Of a stretch of 64,000 nucleotides of DNA, positions 10,090-23,060 are shown piece after piece. The notes under the pieces were generated by a model, which saw only the letters and a list, made by a program, of their open reading frames with translations, did not search any database and was not told the origin of the DNA. The translations under genes were made by a program, and so were the position numbers. Origin of the DNA: Eledone cirrhosa (lineage: Eukaryota); assembly GCA_964016885.1 (NCBI GenBank), contig OZ024745.1, positions 120,900,001-120,964,000 of the forward strand, read 5' to 3'. Position 1 is the first letter of the stretch. Every line of letters begins with the position of its first letter.

Positions 10090-11560
10090 TTTCTTGTAAG
10101 ACACTAGCAAGAGAAATCTTTAGCAAAGAGTAAATCACTCTACCTTGCATTCGTTGATCTGAAAAAGGCCCTTGACATAATACAATTGACTGTAGTTTAT
10201 ATGTTTTTAAGAAAACTAAATGTATATGAAGGCCCGTGATAAGATTCCACACTGCTGGGAAACTAGGTGTAGATGAATACCGTTTTAGAGCACTTCAAGC
10301 CATATATGGTGATGTTATCAGCAAAGTGATAGTTGACAATTAGTTTAGTGAGAGATTTAGTGTGTGAGTAGGTGTTTCTAAAAGCTTAGCTCTCAGCCCT
10401 CTTTTATTTATTATATATAGTATATAGTCCTCCAACCCTTAACAAAAGAGTTCATGGTCAGCAGTGAGAACTCCTATATGCTTAATACTTCTAGCTGAGT
10501 CTGATGAAGATTTAGAGAAGAAATTATAGATGTGGAAACAAAACCTTGAATCAAGATTGCTTGGAGTAAACTGAGTGTAGACTACAGTTTGGATACACAA
10601 GAGTTACAGTGAAATCATAGGCAGGCTGACAGAGAAAAGAGATTTAATAGTGAGAGAACATGTGAAATAAATTCCTTCAAAAGCTCCCTAGAAGTAGTTG
10701 ATAGTTTTTGTTACCTGTGTGACCTGCCATATTTCCTGGCATCAAAGACGCTACTTTTTTCCTAAAATAAGTCTCAAAAATCTACCATGCGTCCTGGAGG
10801 CCAAAGGTTGTTTATTATTTTTTTTTTCAAATTTTTGGTTGTGAAAATTAGGGTGTGTCTTCGAGGATGAAGTGTCTTTGGCGCCGGGAAATACAGTAAT
10901 TAACACTGGAGATGTTCTAAAAACATAGCATCAAATGTAATAACAGAGTGAAACAAAGTTCAGTGAGCTGTTATCTCTGTTGATAACAAAGGGTTTTCAC
11001 AATTAGAATATAGATTGTATGACTTATGTACAAAGTGTGATGCTGCTTTTTAGCAAGAGATTAACCTTGAACATAGAAAATGTCTTCTTCTTCAGCCAAG
11101 TTTACACTCGCAAACATTCAGCACGCTTTCTCCAATCTTCCCGGTCGACTATGACATTTCTCAGTTCATCGATGTTATCAACGGTGTCATCTCTCAGCAG
11201 GGTATTAATGACTGAGACGGCCTGTCTTCCCACGCTTCTTCGTCTGACCACCGGTTTCCAGAGCACAAGTTGCAATGTTATCTTTTCTGGATGACAGATG
11301 CAGTGCCTCGCCAGTTTCATTTGTCTGCAGGCATCTTCTTTGAGACTGGTGGTAGTGATCTGTATAGTTCCTTATTTGTCAGCTTCTGTTTCCAAGAAAT
11401 TTGAGAAGATATGTGATGGCTAAAAAGAAATGAAGCCAATATCATCTGTTAGTGTACATGAGTGAGTAAGTTGAGTGAAAAACTAAATACAAGAGAAATT
11501 AGATGTAGCAGGCAGAAAGAAACAACAATGAACATCTAATGTATATGGAGCATATCATTT
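10090..11560 (+). mobile_element. Heavily decayed RTE LINE copy with nested insertions (Tigger-like MITE 10727-10897; minus-strand RTE/RTEX 3' end 11083-11400)
   Basis: Residual YLAFVDLEKA and KLGVDE-like sequence colinear with the 39.5-42.2 kb RTE. Other decayed RTE copies at ~25545-25800, 45480-47730 and 50830-51110. Confidence 0.7.
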
Positions 11561-14500
11561 ATATAAGTGCTGAAAATGTTGTGATAAATAAGACTATTCC
11601 AGTTTGGATAACTACCACACATGAATGAACAGGTTTTTGTTGTTATGTTCTAAATCAATTCTGATCAAGCAGACCTATGATCAAAGGTGATCCAGATGTA
11701 GCTATCCTGTCATACATAGAGTATTGAGAATTACATTGCACAATCTATCCTACCTTTTTAAAACAGCAGGATGTAATTAGATGAACAACTGGCTACTATT
11801 TCTAGCAGGTCGAACTACCTTATAGAGACTATCTTGGTAGCTCTAGGTGTTTAGTTTCAAGGTGAATGTTATGTGGTATCAGAAACGTCCTTCAAAAATA
11901 TATCAGTGTAGATGGTTGTTTAGACTAAGAAAAGAAAGAAGACTACAGTTATCATATAAAGCAACTGCAGAAATATTCTACCATATTGTTTTGTCTTAAT
12001 TATCATCCTTTAAATTCCATTTTCCCTAACAACAAGGACTGATGGGTCATCACAAACCAAGTCAGTACTCGCTGACAACCACTCACCTTTCAGGTAGACC
12101 AGAGGCCAAATCTCATTTTCATACATTTCCACACTCTACAGTGTGTATCAGGTGTGTTTTATCATGACACCAGCATAGAGAGGTTGTCAAGTTTTTAACA
12201 CACCTGAAGAAACCTCTTAAACCTTTGTTTGGCAAGTTTTCTATACCTGGATGCCCTTCCTATCTCCAACCACTTTACAGAATGAACTGGGTGCATTGTT
12301 CATGGCAGCAGCACTAGATATATTATCATGTCTTTAACACAACTGAAGAGGCCTTTCAACTGTTTAGTAAGTGTTCTGTGATCAAGTGCCCTTCTTACCA
12401 CCAACTACTTTGTTGTTAATTGTAATATCAAATTTTATTCGCCACATTGAGACAACTGTATACCATTCACAGTGCTTCCTGTTACAATCAGACATCTTGT
12501 CTCACTGAACTAAAAAATCCATCCAGCATGGTGCCAAGATAAACAAAAATCAGTTGGAGGACCCTGGATGGTAAAAAGCCACCCTACTTATTAAATATAG
12601 CAGCCTTTGTTTTTGTTTCCCAACTGCATTTGTATTACTAGCATTTCTATCCTCAATGACTGCTTGTCATGTCCTTATCAACAAGACCACATAGCCTACC
12701 ACAATCAGGGAATACAAAACTTCTTATATGATCTGCACCCTACTCAGCCTTCATCCTGTGGATGTCCCATCAATACAACACAAATGGAATGCTATCCAGT
12801 ATAATAAAGACTCCAACAGTTTTGGCTAAATACCACACCATGATGATCAACTGGAAGCCAGTTGAATAATGTCATTTCATGTCTGAATTTGTGATTAAAA
12901 TATATCCCATTGTGAGTGACTCCACCTGCTGTCAAGCTCACCCAAAGCTAGACACACTCCTTGACATGTTGTCTCAATGCAAGCCTCTCCTCTCAACAGT
13001 ACAAACCCTGAAATACTTTAGATGCACTTCTAAAGTTGATACAAAATTATACACCGAAAATTAATTTTTAATTTCTAAAAAATGTTATTCAAACATTTAT
13101 TGAATAACTAAAGGTAACAGTTTTTCTAAACTGATTTCTTGCCTCCCAGTGCCTCCAGGGGATAGTAACGTCCCCTTTGGGAATCACTGATTTATAAGAA
13201 CAATGCTGAATATTTTCGTGTTATTTTGATAGATTTATCCCCCTTTATCATTACATCCTCAAATGAAAAGTAAAAGCTTAAGGGAGGTAACCAAGATTCG
13301 CTAGGTTAATAATCCCCATTTATAATTTAGGCGAAAGGCTTGGTGAAAGAGCAATGCTAATTAAATCAACACCAGTATTTGACTGGTACCTTATTTTATC
13401 GACCACGGAATACAAATGTGCCAATACACCACCTTTACTCTGTTACAGAATAGCTGTGCGGCATTCCAGAGACTACTTCTACTGTCTTTCAGAACTCTGG
13501 AAGTTGTATACTGGTGTAAACATTTATTTTAAATGTAATTATTGAACAATTTTGATTACATACAATATAGGTATTTCTATTTGTTAAAGACACGACAACA
13601 TCTCTAGGGCTGGTGGTACGGAAAATGTGTACAGCTGCATGGCCTAATGGTTAGGATGTTGGACTTAAGATAATAATTGTTTCTACTTTTGGCACAAGGC
13701 CAGCAATCACCCCAGTGTATTACTGGTACTTTATTTTATCAACCCCGTAAGGATGAAAGGCAAAGTAAACCTCGGCGGGATTTGAACTCAGATCATAAAA
13801 GGCCATAACTCTATGCTGCAGAGCATGGCGTCCGACCCTCTACCGATACTGCCAAATTACCACCCTTAAGATAATAATGTTGTTGGTTCAATTCCTGGGC
13901 AGGGTACTGTATTGTGTTCTTGAGCAAAACACTTTACTTCATGTTGCTCCAGTACATTCAGCTGAGAGTGAATTTCAGCAGTAGCTGGGGAGTTAATTCT
14001 GCAATAGGCTGGCGTCCTATACAGGTGAGTCTTATACTCTTAGCCACTTAACACCAAGGAAGCTGGTGATAAGCACTAGCCTGATGAGCCACCAGATTTA
14101 GAACAAATTTAATTTGTTAATCCCAGAAGCTTTTAAATAAAGGTTTTAACAAACTTATATTTTCAGTTTGTGTTCACTCTTGAGTGCTACTGGTAACATG
14201 TAACCCAGTACAACCTGTCGCATGGTCAGGTCGTCACCAACTAAACTGGCAACCCCACCAAGCTTACTTGGTAAAGAGGGTGATTTTGGACACCCTGCAG
14301 GACAAAAAACAAAACCTGACAAAGAGCGGAAGAACTCATAAGAGTCAATGGCCATCTAAAAAGAAAAAAAAAAGAAAAAAATAAAAAAAAAAAAAATCCT
14401 GCCAAATCAATAGGTGGCAGTAGTTCGAGCTGCACGCATCAAAAGACTGCTGTAGTGGTTCTGAGAACAATGCGGCTTTGCAGATGATCAATGCAAATTA

Positions 14501-16233
14501 ACAATGGAAAGGCGCTGCCGCTCGAGTTAGAAGAGAACTATTGACCTTTAAGAGAAGCAGCATTGTATTCAGCAACTGAAACAAATATGAAGTACACCAA
14601 ATCCAATGCTCCTAGGGGTGGCCTTGGTTCTTCTTATTTGCGAGTGTAAACTCAGCCAGATTAGATTATTTAAAAAGTTAATGAGGAGATGAATCTTAGA
14701 TGTTGGCAGCTTCCTGTACTGATGTATCAACTGATGCTCACAACAGAGCTCGGTTATTCCAGCATCTCAGGCTGAGTGTGTTCGTTTGCCTCTAACATTA
14801 TTAGAGAGAAACTCCTGTTACCCTTGTTGCAGCTTGTAATTGTGTGTGTGTCTTCTATTTTTGTTATTTGTTTTGTTTTGTTTCTTTTTCTCTGATTTTA
14901 TTAGTTTGTTTTTTTCTTGAGACCCGTAACTCCTGAGGGAGTTGTAGCGGCACCATATTGACATACAGTGTTTCTAGGGCATTTTTAAACCTGATGGAGT
15001 CCATCTCCTCTCTAGGTCTGAATACAGCAGATTTCTTCCAGATAAAGATAGAGAGTGAGAGAAAGAGATATGGGGAAGAATCGAGCCCAGTACTAGACTG
15101 GTACTTTTTTATCAACCTCGAATGGATGAAAGCAAAGTTGACCTCAGCAGGATTTGAACTCAGAGATCAGAGAGCAGGAATAAATACTGCAAAACATTCT
15201 ATTTGACGTTCTAATGACTCTTCTTCCAAATTATTCTTTTGATAATTTATGTAAATATAAACATTTTTACACACTAAAAATGAACAACAAACAAGAAGAC
15301 AAGTTATTTATGCAACAATATATTTTATTTTCTCATTTTATTTCACCATTCTAGACAATTTCTGAAAGTATGTGAAACTCATTAGCAAGTTCATCTTTTG
15401 CCATGAATTAATCAGTAAAGAATTTCTATTTCATGATAAACCAGAAAAATAATAATTTCATTAAGATAATGTTAATGAGTTGACCAAAAAACAAAAAAAA
15501 AAACTAATAAATGAGTGGTTTAGTTTGATTTTGTTTTGTTTTGTTTTGTTTTTACACTGGCCAACTCATTAGGGCAGTGAACAACCAGACAAAATTTCTA
15601 CACCATTAAAAGTGATATATTATGCTTCTGGCATAGATATTTAACCTTCAGCATGCTGAATATTTTTATGAATTGTTTCCTTTGACACTGCATTATGTAT
15701 TAAGGGGAGATTACTCTATCAGCAACATAATGCACCTAGAGTGCCCAGAAGGTCAAAAGTGATATATTATGCCTCTAGCATAGATATTTAAATACCAATG
15801 GTACAGTTCATCTAGCTGTAGATAATAAGCACCATTGATAAGTATAGATTCTTGCCATAAGTGGAGACATTTTTTAACTAAAAATATTTTCAAAATTTGC
15901 AGAGATATAGTGAAATCCACCTCCCAAAACACCTACAATAGTTGACCTCAGTGTGATTTGAACTCAGAATATAAAGAGTCAAAAGTAAATACTGCAAAGT
16001 ATTTTGTCCAACGCTCTAATGATTCTGCCTATCCACCAACTTGTAGGAAGAGGAAATTTAAAAAAAACACAAATCAGTTATGATTCAAGACTGCCAGAAA
16101 TGTATTGAATAGAATACACTTGTTGAAGAAATACATCAATAATAAAGAACATCAGAAAATAGGAGAGTGTACCAGGGGATAATATTGGTGTTCTCTCTCA
16201 AATCTTCAGATGATTGAAATTTTCTTACACATG

Positions 16234-16498
16234 TTAACCTGTTGACTGCTGTGTATATTTTACACAGCTACAGTTGCTGTGCCAGGGCTTTTTTTCAGTA
16301 AAATGACTATTTTGATTGACAAACGTCGCATCAATAAACTAGTAACTCCATCTAGTTATAACCCCATCTAGCTTTGGAAATGAATTCATAAGTTTATTGA
16401 TGTGACGTTTGTCAATCAAAATAATCATTTTACTGGAAAGAAAAAACCGGCACAGCAACTGTAGCTGTGTAAAATATACACAGCAGTCAACAGGTTAA
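16234..16498. mobile_element. piggyBac-type fold-back MITE (TTAA TSD, ~105-bp inverted arms)
   Basis: TTAA-CCTGTTGACTGCTGTGTATATTTTACACAGCTACAGTTGCTGTGCC...GGCACAGCAACTGTAGCTGTGTAAAATATACACAGCAGTCAACAGG-TTAA. Confidence 0.9.
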
Positions 16499-16949
16499 TG
16501 TCTTTAGTGATTTATGTTAAGTTAACTAATTACAACTGTAGATGGAATTCAGATAAAAGAAAACTATTATATGGCGCTTGTCAGATTTCTGTGGACTAGC
16601 ACACATTTAGATTTAATTTGACAGTGGAAATGGGTTGTTGAGATATTCCTATCCTTAATAACAGTAATAGGGACATAAATGAAGTGAAATAGGTTTGCAA
16701 TATGTAATATATTATAGTGAGATTAGAGGAGTTGAGAATGAATGTTTCTAATGGTGTTTTTCTCTTGTTTGTGTGTAACAATTCAACCAATCTTGCTACA
16801 TGGAAGTGAAACATGGACGCTTTCATCCAAACAACAAAAGCACCTTGATGGCACTTACACTACTACTACCACTACTATCTTGATGGCACCTTCACTACTA
16901 CTATCACTACCACCTTGATGGCACTTACACTACCACTACCACCTTTATG

Positions 16950-17505
16950 GCACTTACACTCGCCTGCTTCAACACATTCAGAATATAAGCTGGTGACATC
17001 TGACTTTGAGAGAGATATATGCCAGCCTCCCATGCATTTCTGTCGTTGTACGTAAAAGGAGATAAGATTTGCTGACCACTGCCATCATGCCACCTCTGAG
17101 GCTGTGTCCCCATTAGTGCTTTGGAAACCACAAGCAGTCACTAATAACAGGGGGCGCAAGCTCTCCTACCCCTATTTGCTGACCATTGCCATCGTGCCAC
17201 CTCTGAGGCTGTGTCCCCATTAGTGCTTTGGAAACCACAAGCAGTCACTAATAACAGGGGGCGCAAGCTCTCCTACCCCTATTTGCTGACCATTGCCATC
17301 GTGCCATCTCTGAGGCTGTGTCCCCATTAGTGCTTTGGAAACCACAAGCAGTCACTAATAACAGAGGGCGCAAGCTCTCCTACCCCGATGTCATCTCCAG
17401 AGATTCTAGTATTGAAATCCAGGACTTGGCAACGGCAATGAACGACAGACCCACGTGGAGATCAATTGTTGAGTCCATTTTGGCTGAGGCCGCAGGATGA
17501 TGATG
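16950..17505 (+). mobile_element. RTE/RTEX-like LINE 3' fragment with an internal 107-bp tandem triplication (17067-17386)
   Basis: Encodes ...LVLWKPQ...RGRKLSYPDVI...AMNDRPTWR with a (TGA)n tail. The repeat unit starts at 17067, 17174 and 17281. Confidence 0.75.
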
Positions 17506-20227
17506 TGTGATGTTGACTAGTTCTTTTGCAATACTTGTAACAGAAGGCCTTTCTTCACTTAAAAAAGCTTCAAAGACATCCCTTGATCTAAACAACTTTC
17601 ACATGTTGTGCGAGCATGGACTTTTCTTTTTTTTCACTGGTACTCTCCTATTTTCTGATGTTCATTATTATTGATGTATTTCTTCAACAAGTATATTCCA
17701 TTCAATACATTTCTGGCAGTCTTGAATCATAACTCAGAAAGGAATCTAAGTTCTTGGAAGGGCTAAAAAGTCATGTTTCCATTGCCCATGTATAAGAAAG
17801 TCATGTTTGCACTGCCCATGTATTATAAAAAGGTCAATCAATGGCAATTCTTGTACCTGAGATGCAACCATTATATGTATGTGTGTATGTATATATGTAT
17901 GCATGTGTAGTGTGTATATGGAAGCAAAACAGGCAGCAACTAGAATGGCTTGAAGGTAGGAAGGTTCTATAAACGAGAACGTAAGTTTACAAACTGTGCA
18001 ATGAAAAAAATGTCATTTGCTTTCCTGACAGTCATCTAACAGTTGTCGTAATGGTGATGTCCTTTAGCTGTTGCAAATGGTGTTCTTAACATGTACAGCT
18101 GCAAATGAACCATTTAGTGGGGTGGTGATTGTGGACTTTGGTTATGTAAGAGATGTGATGGCGATATCATCATCACTGTTTAACATCTATTTTCTATGCT
18201 TGTATGGGTTAGATTGCTGCCACTGACAGACCAGTCAGGTGACAAGGTACTGCTAATACACTTTGTATTAGCTTGGTTTCTCTGCCTGGATATCCTTCCT
18301 AACCCCAAATACTTTACAGAGTGTACTGGGAGCATAGGAAAGGCATCCAGTCATAGAAACTAACCACTTTGCAGCATGTACTGGGAACATCTTATTGTGA
18401 CACTGGCCCTGCCACCTTACATGGTATTCTATTTAAAACAGAACTTCAATTTCAAAATTAGTCACAATTCCTCATAGCTGTTAGAAAAGCATTCTATATT
18501 TTTGTAATCAAAATTTACTATGAAATCAGAAATAAACTGAAATTATTTCTAGAAAAAAAATAATAGTTTTGTAAAATAACAAAGCAGTAAATAGTTGTAT
18601 TTTATGAACCAAGAGTAACATTTCTGAAATATATGCAATAAATGACAAAAAGCACCCAGTCCACACTGTAGTGGTCGTGTAGGTGTCACGACAAAGAGCA
18701 CCTAGTCCATGCTGTAAAGTGGTCATGTAGGTGTCACAACAAAAAGCACCCAGCACTCACTGTAAATGAGGTTGGTGTTAGGAAGGGCATCCAGCTGTAG
18801 AAACCAAGCCAAGACATGATCACCTGACCTAGCATTGTCCACAACAGGACAACTTGTCTAACCCATGCTAGTGTGGAAAATGGACGTGTGATGATGATGA
18901 TGAAATGATATAAACAGAGTAAAATGTTAGCCTGAAAAGAATCATAGGAATGTGTTCATGGATTTTAAATGTCTACATTAATATAGAAGACTAGAAGAAA
19001 CAAAATAGAAATAAGTGAAAGAAGAAATTAAACAACGAAAGCAAAGAAAGATGGAGTGGGAGCAACAGATTCTACACCCCAGTCTGGGCAGTATCTTTCA
19101 GCTGTGTCCTGTCAACAAAATGGTGAAGACATTGCCAGAGAGAATGACCAGCAACAGCCGCTCCACCTTACTGGGCTCCTACCTCAGGGAGGTGGCACTT
19201 CTTCCAATTTTGAGAAGGAAAATGGCAGTTAATATTTTTGTCTTTTTTTTGTACTGAGCATACTAACTTTTCTAGATGTGTGATATAGTCCTCTGAATAA
19301 ACCTTAGTTTATTACTGGTATTTCTTTTATCAACCATGAAGTGATAAAAGGCAAATTCAACTTAGGATGTGGTAGAAGGAATAGTAACCCCTTAACAATC
19401 CAGAGCTCTACATTTACATTTCTATCAATTCATTAACATCTACAGAAAAAAAAATAGATATATTCAACATTGTGCAAACATTTTTATATTTTTAGTTTAT
19501 GCATGAAATGCAAAAATAACAAAATTCAACCTGGCATAGAACAAAATATTTATGATGGAATAAAATATTTTCATTTATATATAGTCAATCTCTTGGACTT
19601 TCACGAAACACTGAATGGTGTGGCATAGAGATGCTATAAAAGACAGATAAAGAAGTTGCCATCAGCTGTTATGAGGAATCGAACCCTGTATCTCCCAGAT
19701 CAGGGTTCTTTTTCCATCTTTGAGGGTCTTCCACACAAAAGCATACCACTATTTATATTTTCATTTCCCCCCCCCCCCCCCCCAGGATTATGTGATTAAT
19801 GACAAATCTTAAGTGTTATGTCTTTTGATGCTCTACTGATTCTATCAATCAAATGCCCTATATGCAATTAATAATGCCACAGTGTTTATATATTCCAACA
19901 TTTTGACAAGTTAACCCTTTAGCATTTAAACCGGCCATATCCGGCCAGAATTCTCTCATCTCTTTCTGTTCAAACCAGCCATAACTGGCCACTCATACTG
20001 ACGTTAAAGTATTGTTCTCAAAATAAATAACACCAAATCTCGTAGATTCAATATTATGTGAGATAAAACCTTTACTGTGATAATACAATAGTAAATATAA
20101 ATGAGTAATGTAAATGCTAAAGGGTTAATACAGAAAAGTAAAATAGTTTTTTTTAAACCAAAGCAAAATGAAAGGTTGTCTAAGTTATTTTTTAACTATG
20201 AGCTTTACTTTCACTTAGTACCTGGTA

Positions 20228-20442
20228 ACAATTATTAGTTATATAGTTAGCAAAACACCTAGCAATTATTAATGAGGTTAGCTAAACACCTAGCAATTAT
20301 TAATGTAGTTAGCTAAACATCTAGCAATTATTGGTTATATAGTTAGCTAAACACCTAGCAATTATTAATACAGTTAGCTAAACACCTAGCAATTATTAAT
20401 ACAGTTAGCTAAACACCTAGCAATTATTAATGTAGTTAACTA
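20228..20442. repeat. ~31-bp minisatellite (~7 copies)
   Basis: Unit AGTTAGCTAAACACCTAGCAATTATTAAT(NN). Confidence 0.9.
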
Positions 20443-20950
20443 AAGTGAAGGTGCATGGCTTAATGGTTAGGGTATTCAGATCACGGTTGTAAGGTCATGA
20501 GTTTGATTTTCAGTGGTGCATTGTGACCTTGAGCAAGACACTATTTCATATTGCTCCAGTCCAGTTACCTGTAAAAAAATGGAGTTTACCTGCAATTTAA
20601 AGGGTCAGCCTTGTCACACACTGTGTTATGCTGAATCTCCCTGAAACCTACATTAAGGGTACACATGTCCATGGAATACACAGCCATTAGCTTTGTAATT
20701 TCACAAGTAGGTTGTTCTGTTGATCAAACAACTGATTTGTCATCAGAACATACAGAAGTCTATTGCACAGTCAACTAGAAGAACAATATGGAGCCCTATT
20801 TATTGCCAACATCACCAATAACATTAGAGATAACTGTGCCTCAGCTTTTCTATCATTCTCAACATCATCTGTTTTCTTCTTATAACCCATAACACAGATA
20901 CAGTTAAATCTAATGTTAAGATGCACAAATACATATTAATGTTTTACCCA

Positions 20951-21160
20951 GTGTTTTTAGCATGATATTTCAGGGCTCTTACCCCTTTGTCAGATGTGAA
21001 GCTGAAACAGTCCAAGACTGCAATCAGAGTTTTCAGAGATTTCCTTAACTAGTTAAGGAAGTTTACCCTGATATCTCTGATTGCTCATTTGTTTTGCCTT
21101 GGACTGTTTTAGCTTCACATTTGAACAGAGGATAAAAAGCCCTAAAATATGCTAAAATAC
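20951..21160. mobile_element. Imperfect ~210-bp palindrome (fold-back MITE-like)
   Basis: Arms ATGTGAAGCTGAAACAGTCCAAG and CTTGGACTGTTTTAGCTTCACAT. Perfect 20-bp central palindrome TTCCTTAACTAGTTAAGGAA at 21041-21060. Confidence 0.7.
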
Positions 21161-21384
21161 AAATACATATATTCTACACATCAGAGAACAATATTAATGG
21201 TAATCCAAACAAATAAGCTGATAACTTCATTAATATTTTCCTTACCTTATTTCTAATTAAATACACTACCTGTACTTTTCAAATAATTTTTAATTAATCA
21301 AGAATTTGAAGGGATTTAGTAATTTAACTTTCTCATTAGGTAATGTGGACCTCACCAGGATTTGAACACAAATCACAACACTGC

Positions 21385-21757
21385 CAAATGAACTACTATA
21401 TTGTTAACCATGTTGCCAACAACAACCCTGAGTACTTTTTTGATTTCCATGTGTCTAACACACATGGACATGCCCACAAAGTAAGAAAACAGCACAGTTC
21501 CCATGACTTTCGGAAACATTTTTTCACGCTCAGAGTTGCTGAAGCATGGAACAAACTACCTGCATCAGTTGTTAGCTGTCGAGACACTACATCCTTTAAG
21601 GCCTCCATGCTTCCCGAGATCCGCCAACACTACAGCTAACCCATACACACATGTACTTCCCTGACATTTGTGTATTATTCTATGTACTATACATACACCT
21701 TTGACGAGTTGTAGTGCACCTGAGCACTTTACACAATAATTTCATTATTATTATTAT
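21385..21757 (+). mobile_element. CR1-clade LINE 3' fragment
   Basis: Encodes HGHAHKVRKQ...RKHFFTLRVAEAWNKLP. The 3'UTR ends in (ATT)n. Related ends at 23505-23720(-) and 24681-24911(-). Confidence 0.85.
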
Positions 21758-21789
21758 AATATAAACATGTGTCTATATATATATCTTAG

Positions 21790-22035
21790 TCTTAGGTTCT
21801 TCCACGCCGTTCGGCACATCGAGCAGTAAGTAGTCACCAACAGTCACGATCAGCGGCAGCTTTTTCGTGTCGGTGCCAAGTGATGCTGGCTGCCATCTGG
21901 TCTTTTTGGAATGTTCATCGCCAGGTGATCCTGGGGCAACCCTGCCTCCATTTGTCGCCAGGTGGAGTCCAGTTCATCGCTGTTTTTGAGTGTTGTTCGT
22001 TGGGCAGGTGCAGAATATGGCCAGCCAGGTGGCAC
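21790..22035 (-). mobile_element. RTE-clade LINE 3' fragment
   Basis: Minus strand encodes LAGHILHLP..KTAMNWTPPG..RQGCPRITWR...AAADRDCW. Confidence 0.65.
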
Positions 22036-22039
22036 CAAC

Positions 22040-23060
22040 GCTGTGTGACCACCCTCTGCAGGATTTCCTCGTTTTGCATATATTAATGACATAGATGCCA
22101 ACTTAAAGAATGCCACAGTACTGAAATATGCAGATGATATGAAACTGTACCTCGAGATAAAAAGGACAGATCTTGAACACTATAGATCTTTCCTGCAATT
22201 AGACCTGGACACAATAATGCAGCAATGGATCATGGACTGGCAACTCAAGCTGGCTGTGGATAAGTGTACCACCATGTATTTTGGGAGAAAAAAACCCAGC
22301 GTCCACATACTCCCTCCACAACACTAATATCAAGAAGTCTTCTTGTGAACGTGACCTGAGCATTACTGTCAGCAGCAATTTCTGTTGGACAAAGCACATC
22401 TCTAAAATTGTCAAGAAGGCCGAGGGTGTCTTAGCATCACTCAACAAGCCGCTATCTATTTAAAGCTGTATATAGCTATGGTGTGGCCAGACTTAGAATT
22501 TGCATCACCAGTCTGGAACCCCTACCTTGCTCAGAATATTGATCTCCTGGAAACAGTTCAGAGATGTGCAACCAAGAAAATACCCCCCATCAGGCATCTA
22601 CCATACTCTGAACGCCTTGCTTCCCTGGGCATAGATACATTGACGCTTCAATGTCTGGCAACTGACTTGGTAAACACCCACAAAATTATTAACCATCTTA
22701 CCAACAACAACCCTGAGCACCTTTTTGAATTCTGTGTCTAACCCATGTGGGCATGCCTACAAAGTCAGAAAGCAGCACAGCTCCCATTTTTTCACGCTCA
22801 GAGTCGCTGAAGCATGGAATGAACTACCTGCATCAGTTGTTATCTGCCGAGACACTGCATCCTTTAAAACCTCCATGCTTCCTTAAATTCGCCAACACTA
22901 CACCTGATATCCCTGTCCATACACATGCACACATGTATATCATGACTCATACACTGTTCACTTTCCTGACATTTGTTCATTATTCTATGTACTATACATG
23001 CACCTTTGACGAGTTGTAGTGCACCTTAGCACTGTACACAATTTCATTATTATCGTTATT
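22040..23060 (+). mobile_element. CR1-clade LINE, RT C-half plus 3'UTR, frameshifted
   Basis: YINDID...LKYADDMKLY, WQLKLAVDKC, ERDLSI, LEFASPVWNPY and LPYSERL motifs, with an (ATT)n tail. Confidence 0.88.
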
